Shown one piece after another: positions 52,692 through 63,872 of a stretch of DNA of 64,000 nucleotides. Position numbers and translations under genes: made by a program. The notes beneath the pieces are model-generated. The model was not told where the DNA came from. It worked only from the letters and a program-made list of their open reading frames with translations, and made no database searches. Origin of the DNA: Antedon mediterranea. Lineage: Eukaryota > Animalia > Echinodermata. Location of the stretch: positions 3,325,888 to 3,389,887 of the forward strand of contig NC_092676.1 of NCBI RefSeq assembly GCF_964355755.1, read 5' to 3'. The stretch's first letter is position 1. The number at the start of each line of letters is the position of its first letter.

Positions 52692-53601
52692 AGGTTACAG
52701 CTTGGTGCCTTCAATCAAACACAATATGGGTTTTCTTATTACGAAAAAAAACAAAGAAAGTTCTAAATACTTTCTACACTGTGTAGGCCTACATTTAGAA
52801 AATTGCCAAAATTACTGTCTTCAAATGGACTTTGTTTAAAAGATATTTAGAAGAGTAAAGGATCAAATAATAAATAAATTATTGTTCTTATTTAATGATC
52901 AATAATCCAACATATATCTACAGTAATATTCATTAGTATATAAGAAGTGTTATGATTCGTTGACAGCATTGTCTAAATTCAAATAGACTAAAAATAAAAC
53001 CTTAAGAAAGAACGAATTTATAAAATATATATAATAACATGATTAACAACCTAATGAACGGAAGAAAAAACAAACAACAAACTAACTAAACATAGCCTAT
53101 ATGGATGAAAAATAAATAAAAAGACATCCGTGGATTTTGTACTACAGAAAAGTATATTTCAAAAATACATTAAAATAGGAATATACCTCCTCAGCGTTTT
53201 AGTATAAAAAAATAACTCAAGGGGGCGGTATACAGTTATACAACTGGAGTTTTACTTATTTTACAATAATGGAATAAGATTTGTTTACAAAACCTTAGAG
53301 CGGATGCGCAGTTATTTCTGTGTATAGCATGTGACCAGGTTTGATGTATCAATACAGTGACTAGATACAGTACAGGAATCAGATCGAGTGAGTGCTTAAA
53401 CTGAGTACGATTTCATAACAACGCGAGTATCGACTAACAATAAGGTTTACACATAAACATTACTGTTTAATCATCAGAATTTACCTACGCCTATTTGTGT
53501 ACGTTTTTGTTTCATCATAAATCTCTATTTTGGAAATTGATTTAATCTGAACTAAAGTAATATTAGAAGCTGAACTAGAGACTACCAAGTCGCAGTGTAT
53601 A

Positions 53602-55311
53602 ATGACTCATCATCATTGCTTGCTGTGCCTGATTGTATTGTGTAGTATATTTTACGAATGTTTTGCACAAACATATGTCTTCACAGAAGACCCGAAATCG
53701 GTTCTTGTTGCTGAAGGAAACCCAACAATTCTATCGTGCGCATGGAGGCCAGAATTGGATGAACGAAATACCTTTCAATGGTCATTTTTCCCTCAGAATG
53801 GTGGTGAGCCTCAATCAATTAGAATGTCAAATTCAAAATACAATCTAACAACCGACGCAACATCTTCGAATATTTTCATTTCCAATGTTGATTCTAATTA
53901 CGCGGGAAAATACAGGTGTGATATCAGACACGGCGATACAGACATTCTTTCTAAACTGGCTACTGTAGTGCTAGGAGAAATAACGTGCAATCCAGAATAT
54001 GATAATGGTGAAATAGGAACAACGATGACATGTTCTTATACTTCTTCTTATCTTTCAAATTTGATTTATTTACAATGGTATAAATCAGAAGAACAAGTAC
54101 AATTAGACACCCAAGACAAACACGTTATAGAATCAATATTTTTGACTGCAGAAGACGATAGAGCTGTATTTACTTGTAAAGCTATACTCGAAAATCAAGT
54201 GATAGGAACTTGTGAAACTACTCCGCTAATACTGACTATAGATGCAGAGATTGAACAATCACCACCAGGTCCACTTCAGGTTGGAGATAGCTTTAACCTT
54301 ACCTGCTCAGGGAAAGGTAATCCTGATTATTATAATTATACATGGATGTGGAATGACAAACATGTAGGATCGTCGCCAGATAAAAAAAGATTTGCAATAG
54401 GTAATGTGCTTACTATGACAAGTGTATCAAGCAGTGCTAACGGCAAAACAGTTACTTGTACTATTAGTCGTGATGGTCGTAACAGCAGTACAGTGAGCTA
54501 TACAATAAATGTTGCAGAAAATACGCAAAGTACAACTGCACGTTCACGCACAACACAAGGTAGGCCTACTGGTACAGACCTACTATCAGCAACAACATTA
54601 TTATCAACCAAACTATCAGCAAACAATGTCACGTACGACGAGCCACAAACATTGATTATTGTCATTGGCGTAGTTGCAACAGTTATTGTGATTTTGATAA
54701 CAGCAATTGTAATTTACATTTTACATAAAAGGCGTAAGAAACAGGATGGCAACAAAACAAAACCCGAAAGTGTACCATTGAAAGAACCAATGTATGGTAA
54801 CACTGATCAAGACATTAACACTTCTGAAAAATCATGCGTACAAAATGGCCCTCGGAGTGAAAAGTTGACAACAGATTTTACAGTATATGATGAGCCTACG
54901 ATTTCAAGTTCAAATACTCAGTTGGATACTATGTACGCCGAACCTGATACGTTAGTAACTGGTCACGATGCTAGGTATGACACGCCACGGAACGCTATAA
55001 GTCTTGATAATGTCGATACAGCGAATACTGATGAAGCGAATGATGCAAAGCCAAGAAAAACAAAAAGCAGAGAAAGTATAGATGCAATGTACGCGAAACC
55101 GAACAAATCTCGCAGTACAGAAAGTATTGATGATCTGTATGCTACGCCCAACAAACCGACTGCAAGAACGCCAGTGATTACCCGTGAAGATCCTACTAAG
55201 AAAAACATAGAAGGTCTAACATACGCAGATATAGAGTTTAAAGGCGGTACGTTTCCAAACCCTGAACCACAGGACTACGGACTTGATTACGCAACCGTAC
55301 AGATTAAGTAG
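53602..55311 (+). CDS. Ig receptor copy 8, tail class B (ITIM-like)
   Basis: Intact 569-aa ORF with 3 Ig domains and TM LIIVIGVVATVIVILITAIVIYIL. Tail motifs MYGN, VYDEP, MYAEP, RYDTP, MYAKPNK, LYATPNK, LTYADI and LDYATV. Confidence 0.92.
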   Translation: MTHHHCLLCLIVLCSIFYECFAQTYVFTEDPKSVLVAEGNPTILSCAWRPELDERNTFQWSFFPQNGGEPQSIRMSNSKYNLTTDATSSNIFISNVDSNYAGKYRCDIRHGDTDILSKLATVVLGEITCNPEYDNGEIGTTMTCSYTSSYLSNLIYLQWYKSEEQVQLDTQDKHVIESIFLTAEDDRAVFTCKAILENQVIGTCETTPLILTIDAEIEQSPPGPLQVGDSFNLTCSGKGNPDYYNYTWMWNDKHVGSSPDKKRFAIGNVLTMTSVSSSANGKTVTCTISRDGRNSSTVSYTINVAENTQSTTARSRTTQGRPTGTDLLSATTLLSTKLSANNVTYDEPQTLIIVIGVVATVIVILITAIVIYILHKRRKKQDGNKTKPESVPLKEPMYGNTDQDINTSEKSCVQNGPRSEKLTTDFTVYDEPTISSSNTQLDTMYAEPDTLVTGHDARYDTPRNAISLDNVDTANTDEANDAKPRKTKSRESIDAMYAKPNKSRSTESIDDLYATPNKPTARTPVITREDPTKKNIEGLTYADIEFKGGTFPNPEPQDYGLDYATVQIK

Positions 55312-55915
55312 TAAATATCTGTTACTTTTACCAGTACCTTACATTTATCTTTACGAATCAACTTTTGACATGTGACGTAACCGCGTCGTTGCTTGTACTG
55401 TATATATATCCAAAGCTATTTTAATGCAATGTGTATTATAGGCACAAATAACAAATAACAGTCAAACGAATTTCTATCGTAATGTTATACGTCATACGCA
55501 TCACAACAACGATCATGAAGGAATTTGTTGAAATTACTGGGATGCTAAAATTTTATTTTATTAGAAACATTATAATTCTAAATATTTTTTGAAATATCAG
55601 ATTTTAGCCACATGGCAAGTGAAGCGTTTGGACAAATCATGGACACTTGTCCCGCAAAAAAAAAAATACAACTAATATTGGAAAACTTTCTCCATAATTT
55701 CAAGTTTAACTTTATCTACGGAGGCCTAGCTCAACACGGATGTTCTTTGCTGCAGCCGTGCTATAGAAAGGACAGCAGTTGTGTACGCAGTAGCAGTAAA
55801 TAAACTTACAATAATAAAAAACAGGAAAGTCCCAAATTTTAAATACAAGTTACACTCTAGGGGGCAGTATACAATACTACCGGTATACCTGACAGTCGGT
55901 AATCTGTGACAATAA

Positions 55916-58593
55916 CAGTCGAGACGCAGAGTTGCGTGACCTCGAAATTATCACAATCTCGAAATTTGAATCGCCGCCATTGCTACCGGCGATCGAGAGA
56001 AAGAAGTTCTGAATTTCCGTGTAAAATTATGAGATTTTATTAACGATTTACAGGGTATTTTGTATTTATAAATAATATTTAAGGGATTTTACCTGTATAG
56101 AATTCAAAAATTCGATCATATTTAGCCTAGCCAAGTGAAAGTTTGTGGCGACCTTAGCGTAGGCTAGCGGCGACTGGCGTAGTGATGAGTAACTTTAGTC
56201 GAAAAAAATTTAATAACTCACTGAAAATCGTATGAACAGTCACGGATTTTAGGTATATGACGTAAATATATATTCCAAACATTTCTACCAAAGGAAATCG
56301 TTAAACTCTCTTGAAGAAAAAAACGGCTGGATTCGTTTGAGTGAAGCGAATGAATTCTGAAATAGCAGCCATTTTCCGACGAGAGAAATGACGTAATGGC
56401 AATAGCCTTACAGCACCAGACGGCTTAAAATGACGTCATGGCATTAGTCGTAGGGGAACCAGACTGCTTTTAATAAAAACTGTCAAGGTCCGACTGCATT
56501 ACAGTATTTATGTGATTTAATTTTAAATTCCATTTATTATTGTTATTAATTAATAAATATTAATTTACAATGCACACTCCATCACTGCAATCATCACACC
56601 ACAAATTCTTCAAAAACTACATAATAAAAATAAAACACAAAGAAGAATTTTTTTAATTTATACTTTATTTTATTTCAACTCATAACTGTTGTATGATAAA
56701 AATTATCATTAACAAACTATCCTAAAATATACAAAAATGATTCTGGTAGAGTTATAAAACATTAAAAGTGTAATTTTAACTGAATGAATCTCTTTGGTAT
56801 ATTTTGGAGAACTGAGAAACATGTAACCTAATACAATTATGCAGCACGAATTTAAACATAAATACGATAACATTTAAAAAGACTAGATAGAAGTTAAATG
56901 CTGATAAAATAAATAAATATATATACTGTAATTATTATGCACTATACAATATTTATACTACCATGATGAAAGCTATACGGCAATATAACTGGAACAAATA
57001 CTGGTTTATAAACTACAGTATTTAAATTAGTTTGGATTAAGTAATTTCCAATAAAATGGAAATTGAATATAAAAACAAAACAGAAACCAGCCACCTGCTG
57101 AAATTTCTTAAATTTTTGTTTTTAAATAGCACCTATATTATTATTATTGAAATTAATCCTAGACAATGCAGAATGTAACGAGATGTTTTTATTTTTTTAT
57201 GGCAAAGTATTGGCATAAATACTTTCAAAATTATACTGCATGTAAAAATACTATTTTTATACTATTCAAAGACAAATCTAATTATTATAATATTATTAAA
57301 TAAAATCAAATATATCATATAGTTCTATAACTTATTTACATAGCACACATATTAAACTTGATATAAATTGGCGTAGTAAATGCACATGAAAGTTGGTTCA
57401 CAACAGTAAGCAGACATTCTGGCTTGATACGGTATGCCGACTAATTGAGGTGATCAAACGCTGGCATCCAAACACCTGCAAAATAAAATAAAAAGAAAAT
57501 ATTACAGTATCATTGTATACTTCCTTTATAGGTTTATTTTAGTACATCTGGTGAGCTTGGTACCATCGATTTCTGGCCGAGTGTTGAACACTCCAGCTGG
57601 CCTAGCATCAGCATAATAGCCTGGGCAGGAGCCGGCTGACTGGCTCTTCTCTGACTAGCTGCTAGGCCAAGATAGTATGCTCTACAGCTGGGACTAGGCC
57701 TAGGTGCATATAATAAAAAAAATTACAAATTTAGTTCCAATAGCATAGGGTAATTACTAATAGTTCAATCCGTACGAAATAACTATATAGGAAACTTCTA
57801 AACAGATCGGCCTAGCTAGCCCTAGTGGACAGTTGATCCGCCCTACTACTAGTTACAGTAGGCCGGCCCTATTTCTATATACAGACCGAAATCTCAATGT
57901 ATTTTATTCAGTTTATAATTACAAATTTCCCCAAAATATAACTTCAAATAACATTATAATTGCGTGATAATCAATAAATAGTCGATCAAAACCGAATATG
58001 TCAAACCAAAGCCCCGTGATTGGTAAAGATTGATCTGCTAAAGCACAGGCGCTATCTACGATATAGCTAAGGAATAATACATACAAAGATGGCGGCGGCC
58101 CGAAAAAAGTGACTGCTCAACTTGCACTAAATTTTAATAGTTCTCATGAATGAACAGAGCCAAATCTTTCTCAGAATATGTATTATATGTGTATTGAACA
58201 CATACTAGAATGTTATTAATTTTGGCTTGTGAAGAAAAAATCGGCTGGTTTGTTTCAAACCAAAACAAACCAGAATCAAAACTTACCTCACGTGAGCCCT
58301 CGACAGCTACGATTTCGAAAAATGGACGCCGATTTAAATGTCCGTCCTTTTATACGACAAAAAGTCGGCGGGAAGATTCTTTCTATATTTGGTAAGCCTT
58401 TACCATATTTGGCAAGTGAATTAGGTTCCTGATTGGTGAAATTTTACTGGATTTCTGAAGGCTCTTCCATGCAAAAATTCATCGCGGTTCGTCGCTAAGT
58501 GTAAACAATTTATACTTCCTGGTATAAAAATGGCGCATGCGCAGGGGAAAATTAGCGATTTAACGGTCATTTGAGCACTCTGCGTCTCGACTG
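55916..58593. mobile_element. Non-autonomous DNA transposon with 17-bp TIR and 4-bp TSD, superfamily uncertain
   Basis: ATAA|cagtcgagacgcagagt ... actctgcgtctcgactg|ATAA; no long ORF. Confidence 0.85.
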
Positions 58594-58994
58594 ATAACTT
58601 GAAACCGGAAATCCAGTTTTTTCTGTATATACCATGTTACGAGCCTGACGTTCCAATACAGTGATTTAGAATACAGGAATCAGATCGAGTGAGTGTTTAA
58701 ACTAGTACCATTTCTATCAAAGTAGATTATTTCTGTATTATATCGTAGCATTTTACAATACACCAGTGATAAGAAACAGTAAAATCATAATCGAAAGTGT
58801 TCTTAAACTGGATAAAACTTCTATCACAATGTATACAGTTTTACATTGTATTAAGTATCTTTAAATCATCGGAATCCAGTATTTCTCAACGTTTTTATTC
58901 CGTACCAACAATCTCTATTTTGATAAGGAAATTGATTTACACTAATCTATAGCAATATTTGGAACTCAACCATCGGAAGGAACTACAAAGTGTA

Positions 58995-60494
58995 ATGGCT
59001 CATCCCCAACATTGGACATTGCTATTTTACAAGAAGTGTCTGATTATATATTATAGTATATTTTACTGCTGTTATGCACGATCTTATACTTTTACAAAAC
59101 ATCCACAATCAGTTCTCGTTGCAGAAGGACAAACAGCAACGTTGTCATGTGCATGGTCACCAGCATTGAATGGAAACCATGATTTTGCATGGTCTTATTT
59201 TCGACCTGGTATTAACATTCAACGAATTGATGGTTTAAATGCAAGATACAATATAATAAATGAAGCAACCTTTTCAAATCTTTCCATTTTCAATGTTGGC
59301 TCTTTTGAAGTAGGAAGATACAGGTGTGATATCTTTGACGATGACGCTTCATACATTCTTTCTGAGCAGGCTGTTGTAGTGCTAGGAGAAATATCGTGCA
59401 ATCCAGAATACGACAATGGTGAAATAGGAACAACGATGGCATGTTCTTATATTTCCTCTTATAATGTTAATGCTATTGATTTATTATTTTATAAGAACGG
59501 AAAAATAATTACATCAGAAGTACAAGATAATGTTTTAGAATCAAGGGCTTTGACTAGCGAAGACGATGGAGCTGTATTTACTTGTAAAGCTATACTCGAA
59601 AATCAAGTGATAGGAACTTGTGAAACTACTCCCCTAATATTGCCTATATATGCAGAGATTGAACAATCACCACCAGGTACACTTCAGGTTGGAGAAAGCT
59701 TTAATCTTACCTGCTCAGGGAAAGGTAATCTTGATTACTATGAATATGAATGGATGTGGAGTGGCAAACCTGTAGGATCGTCACCAAATGAAAGGTCATT
59801 TGCAATAGGTAACATGTTTATTGTGAAGGATGTATCAAGCAATGCCAATGGCAACATAATTACTTGTACCATTAGTCGTAGTGGTCGTAACAGCAGTACA
59901 GCGAGGTATACAATAAACGTTCTAGAGAATATTTCGAGTAGGCCTACAACACCAGGTAGACGTACGCAACAAGTCGTTACTGACAAATTCTCAGCAACTA
60001 ATATCTCATCGGGTGACGAGCCCCCAACACTAATGGTTGTAATTAGTGTACTTGCAATTTTACTCGTACTTTTTGTAATAACAACAATATACATGTATTT
60101 GCAAAAAAGAAACGTATCTAGGGACAACATAATTCCTTTAAATAGACCATCGAATAATATTGGACACAATTACGATTATGTTGCGTCTTCAGACACACAG
60201 ATCACCACGACAGGCAATGACACATACACGTATGATTATGCCATATATCCGTGTACACGTATCGCAGAGAACATTAGTGCTGAATACATTGAAGTAGAAG
60301 AGAGTTTCCATGATGGCCCACAAAAACCAGAACGAAATATGACCACATTCGAGAACGATGATGTGTCCTTACAAGCAACGGATATTTGCAGCAAAGAGGC
60401 CACGTACGAAAATGGTAAATTGCGTATCAAAGGCATAGCAACTTCTGACAAGGTGACAATTAAGTACGAAAATATTAAAACATCTACGCGTTAG
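58995..60494 (+). CDS. Ig receptor copy 9, tail class A
   Basis: Intact ORF (ATG 58995) with 3 Ig domains, short stalk and TM. Tail motifs NYDYV, TYDYAI, EYIEV, TYEN and KYENI. Confidence 0.92.
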   Translation: MAHPQHWTLLFYKKCLIIYYSIFYCCYARSYTFTKHPQSVLVAEGQTATLSCAWSPALNGNHDFAWSYFRPGINIQRIDGLNARYNIINEATFSNLSIFNVGSFEVGRYRCDIFDDDASYILSEQAVVVLGEISCNPEYDNGEIGTTMACSYISSYNVNAIDLLFYKNGKIITSEVQDNVLESRALTSEDDGAVFTCKAILENQVIGTCETTPLILPIYAEIEQSPPGTLQVGESFNLTCSGKGNLDYYEYEWMWSGKPVGSSPNERSFAIGNMFIVKDVSSNANGNIITCTISRSGRNSSTARYTINVLENISSRPTTPGRRTQQVVTDKFSATNISSGDEPPTLMVVISVLAILLVLFVITTIYMYLQKRNVSRDNIIPLNRPSNNIGHNYDYVASSDTQITTTGNDTYTYDYAIYPCTRIAENISAEYIEVEESFHDGPQKPERNMTTFENDDVSLQATDICSKEATYENGKLRIKGIATSDKVTIKYENIKTSTR

Positions 60495-62256
60495 AGAAGA
60501 TGAGATGAGATAACTAAGATGACGTCACCTAGTTGTGGATGAGCTAATAATGATGCAAACGTGTACGAAAATGTTAAATTATCACCGAGATTAAGAAGAG
60601 TTGGAATCAACATTTCAGATAATCGCGAAGATGACGTAACCAAGGTGCATGCGAGTAAAAAAACGACGTATACGAAAATGTATAGGTACGGACAAAAGCA
60701 GTGAAGTGTGCTAAGATATAGAGGAAGCAAAACTGAAACAAACGTACAGAATATTCATACAAAAACAAACAATGAAAACTGCACTAACGCATATTATCAT
60801 ATTATGAAGTGTTCAATACCTAAATTAGAGGTTTATACCAGGTATGATATATTTAGTATTGATGTTTTTATTAGTGAAAATGATAACTTTTAACATTTGC
60901 AAACTACTGTCCCCAACACGTACAGGGGTGTGACCTAAAAGTATTGTAAGACTAGTATGGGCCATGATACTTCCATGGTAAGAGAAATAGAAAAGTAGGC
61001 TAAATATATACGTTGAATTATTATAGCAGAGTATTAAAATATTGTAATTTTGTTTAAGGAAGTAAATCAAAAAATATTATATTATAAATAATCAACTCTG
61101 AGATTAACATTAACCAGGAAAGGGAAGGAAGGAAGTATTTGAAAACAATGCAATATACATGGCTGCAGTCGCGTGCTCAAGTTAGTGTTTACCGACCGAG
61201 CAACTGACCGACATAGAGAGATGTAAAGTCGCGTTGCAAGCGACTAATAATTAGCAGAATTAAACTGTACAGAAACGAGTAAAGAAAAACAGAATAAAGT
61301 TCATCGATAACATACTCTTATTTGGCATGAAATAAGCAACAATAAAATATCGATATATGCAAGTACACGTGATTGTCCAAAATGGATTTTCCATGTTTCT
61401 ATATAAAGCTGCGATTGTATACGCCATTAGATTTCTATATAAATATAAATATAATTTAATTATTAAACTTTAAGCAAGAACTTATATATATTGATCGATA
61501 TTTACACGTTGCAAATTAGTAATTTTGTAAAAATGTATTTAATAAATATTTTGCTTTAAGTCTATAATTTTTTACTGTATATTTATAACTGCAAAGTTAA
61601 CGGACAAAAACCTCGCATAAATCACTTGAATTGAGAGGTATAGAGAAATTGAACAGTACATTGTTAATTTTTTTTTAATAGTTAATAGACTTTTATTTCG
61701 CATCTTTCTTTCTTTGTTTAAATGAAATCTGAAAATTGGACCCCATTGGAAATAAGTTTGCTTTTTTGTCGACTTAATGGGTTATCCAGGTATTCTTTTA
61801 ATACATTGTATATTTTAACTTTTTATGTATGAATATCGAATAAAATCAATCAATCAATCAATTTGACATTTTTGTATATTAATAGGCATGTGTTTTGTAA
61901 CTTTTAAAGGTTACTTTATTATTACTTGTATTAATTTTTAATGTAACCGAGTAAATTATGTAATTTATTGTTTTATGACATACAATACAGGAAATAAATT
62001 CAGACTTATGTTTTTATTTTACAGAGAATAAATAAATAGTATCAGATATCACAAATGTGTGAAGAAATACATTAAAAATATTATTTTATTCTCTCAGCTT
62101 GAGTGTACTACTTACAGTACGCTCATGTAAATATATATTTAATTGAATATGTATAAGTAATTGTTTCTGTAATTGATTATTATAAGAGAGCAGACAAATT
62201 AAACTTAATTTAAAGTAAATTTTTCCAAATGTTATTGTACTTGTTTGTTGATTAAG

Positions 62257-62703
62257 GAACAAATGAATGGAAAGGGCACCAGTTGAGATCAACGTTAACG
62301 AGAATAAGAAAGAAAGTTGTAACAAAAAAAAAATTAATATGACTGTGTAAAATCAGCAGACAATCAAAACGATAAAATGACTGAAACAGACAGTGAAAAT
62401 GAGTATGATTATGTGGAAACATCAGGCATAGGCGTCAAAGAAGGCTCTGCAGAATACATTGAGGTTGTTGATGACACTGATGCTGATTCCATGATTGCAC
62501 TACTAAAAACAGAAACTAGTAGGCCTACTGTGGCTGAGTACAATGATGCTTCAATACAACAAAACTATATTTCAATAAATATTAGAGAAAATGATAAAGA
62601 GGCTGAGTTCGAAAACAGTAAATTACATCGTGTTAAAGGTATCTTCGACGTATACGAAAACGCATCTGTACGCACAAAACCACTGAAGTCTGCAAGGAAA
62701 TAG
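62257..62703 (+). pseudogene. Orphan cytoplasmic-tail segment (open 108-aa ORF 62377-62703)
   Basis: EYDYV, EYIEV, EYND and VYEN; paralog of 36895-37313. Confidence 0.7.
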
Positions 62704-63760
62704 AAGAAGCAAAACAGAACCAAACGTAAGATCAAAAACAACGATGAAAACTTCACCAAACAATACATTACATCAAATACCTCTTTAAAAAAATAAATAT
62801 CTGCCATTTCAGTTTCCCAGGTATGATCTATTAAGGCTTTTGTTAAGTGAACTTTCACTTTTTCCAAAATACTCATAATTTGACAAAATAAGCAATAATT
62901 ACTAAATCATACGTTGAAATGTACAGTAATTAATTGGTTTGATGTTTAAGAAAATAAAATGAAATAAATTAGAGAGATGAATATTAACCAGAAAATAGAA
63001 GAGTAGGAAGTCCTAGAAAATAATTAGCAAGAATTGAAATCGTACAGGAAAAAAAGTCAGCAAACATAAGCATTCTAACGTGATCGTCAAAATGGTCTAT
63101 GATGGTTCTCTCTAAAACCTCGACTATACGTCATTAGATTTATATAAATATAATAATTATAACTAATAAACTTTAAGCAAGAACTAAATTGTTAAGTTAT
63201 TTACACGTTACAAGTTTCTAATTTTGTGAATATACATTTAATAAAATAATTGTACCAGGTATTACGAACGTTGGAAAGAAAGCTATCTTACACTTTAGTA
63301 ATTTTTATTAAAAGATAGAGAACAACTTTAACTTCAGCATTTATCAAGTATTCCTGTCGTGTGTGGCAGCAGACGGCAACTTACTTAAAAAGAAAAAAAG
63401 AAACAGGAATGATCCAACGTTTTAGTTTTAAGTTACTCTATAGGGGGCGGTATGCATTACTAGTTTTACCTATAGAATGGAATATGTTAAAATAACTGTA
63501 TACAGGTTACGTAGTTGATGCTAATATCACTTTAGCAGGGGTACGCTACAATACAGTTCACAGTAATCTGAGTGTTTAAACAGAGTATATTGTACCAACA
63601 ACGTGCACATGTGAGCATCTACAAAAAGTATTATAAAGGCTAATTTTAAGTCTAAGTATAATTGAATTTTGTATTATTATTTCTGGACATTTTTGATCCA
63701 TACAATCTGGAATTTGATGGGTAAGGTAATCGATATTGAAGTTTAGCAGACGTGTTTATA

Positions 63761-63872
63761 ATGGCTCATCATCAACATTGTACATTGCTGATGGTTATAT
63801 TGTATACTATGTTTTACTGCTGCTGTGCACAAACCTATACTTTTACAAAACATCCACAATCGGTTCTCGTTA
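63761..63872 (+). pseudogene. Ig receptor copy 10, 5' end, interrupted by an insertion
   Basis: MAHHQHCTLLMVILYTMFYCCCAQTYTFTKHPQSVLV; promoter and leader are nearly identical to copy 7; homology stops at 63872. Confidence 0.85.

Noticed and set aside
17240-57720. Frequent TAGGCCTA palindromes as a regulatory system
   Set aside because: Scattered mainly within repeats with no positional pattern; looks like a genome-wide compositional feature.
1799-60451. Many minus-strand ORFs overlapping the receptor genes and Gypsy pol (e.g. 1799-2152, 34900-35415, 20804-21172)
   Set aside because: Antisense shadows of real coding sequence with no independent motifs; their recurrence follows from paralogy.
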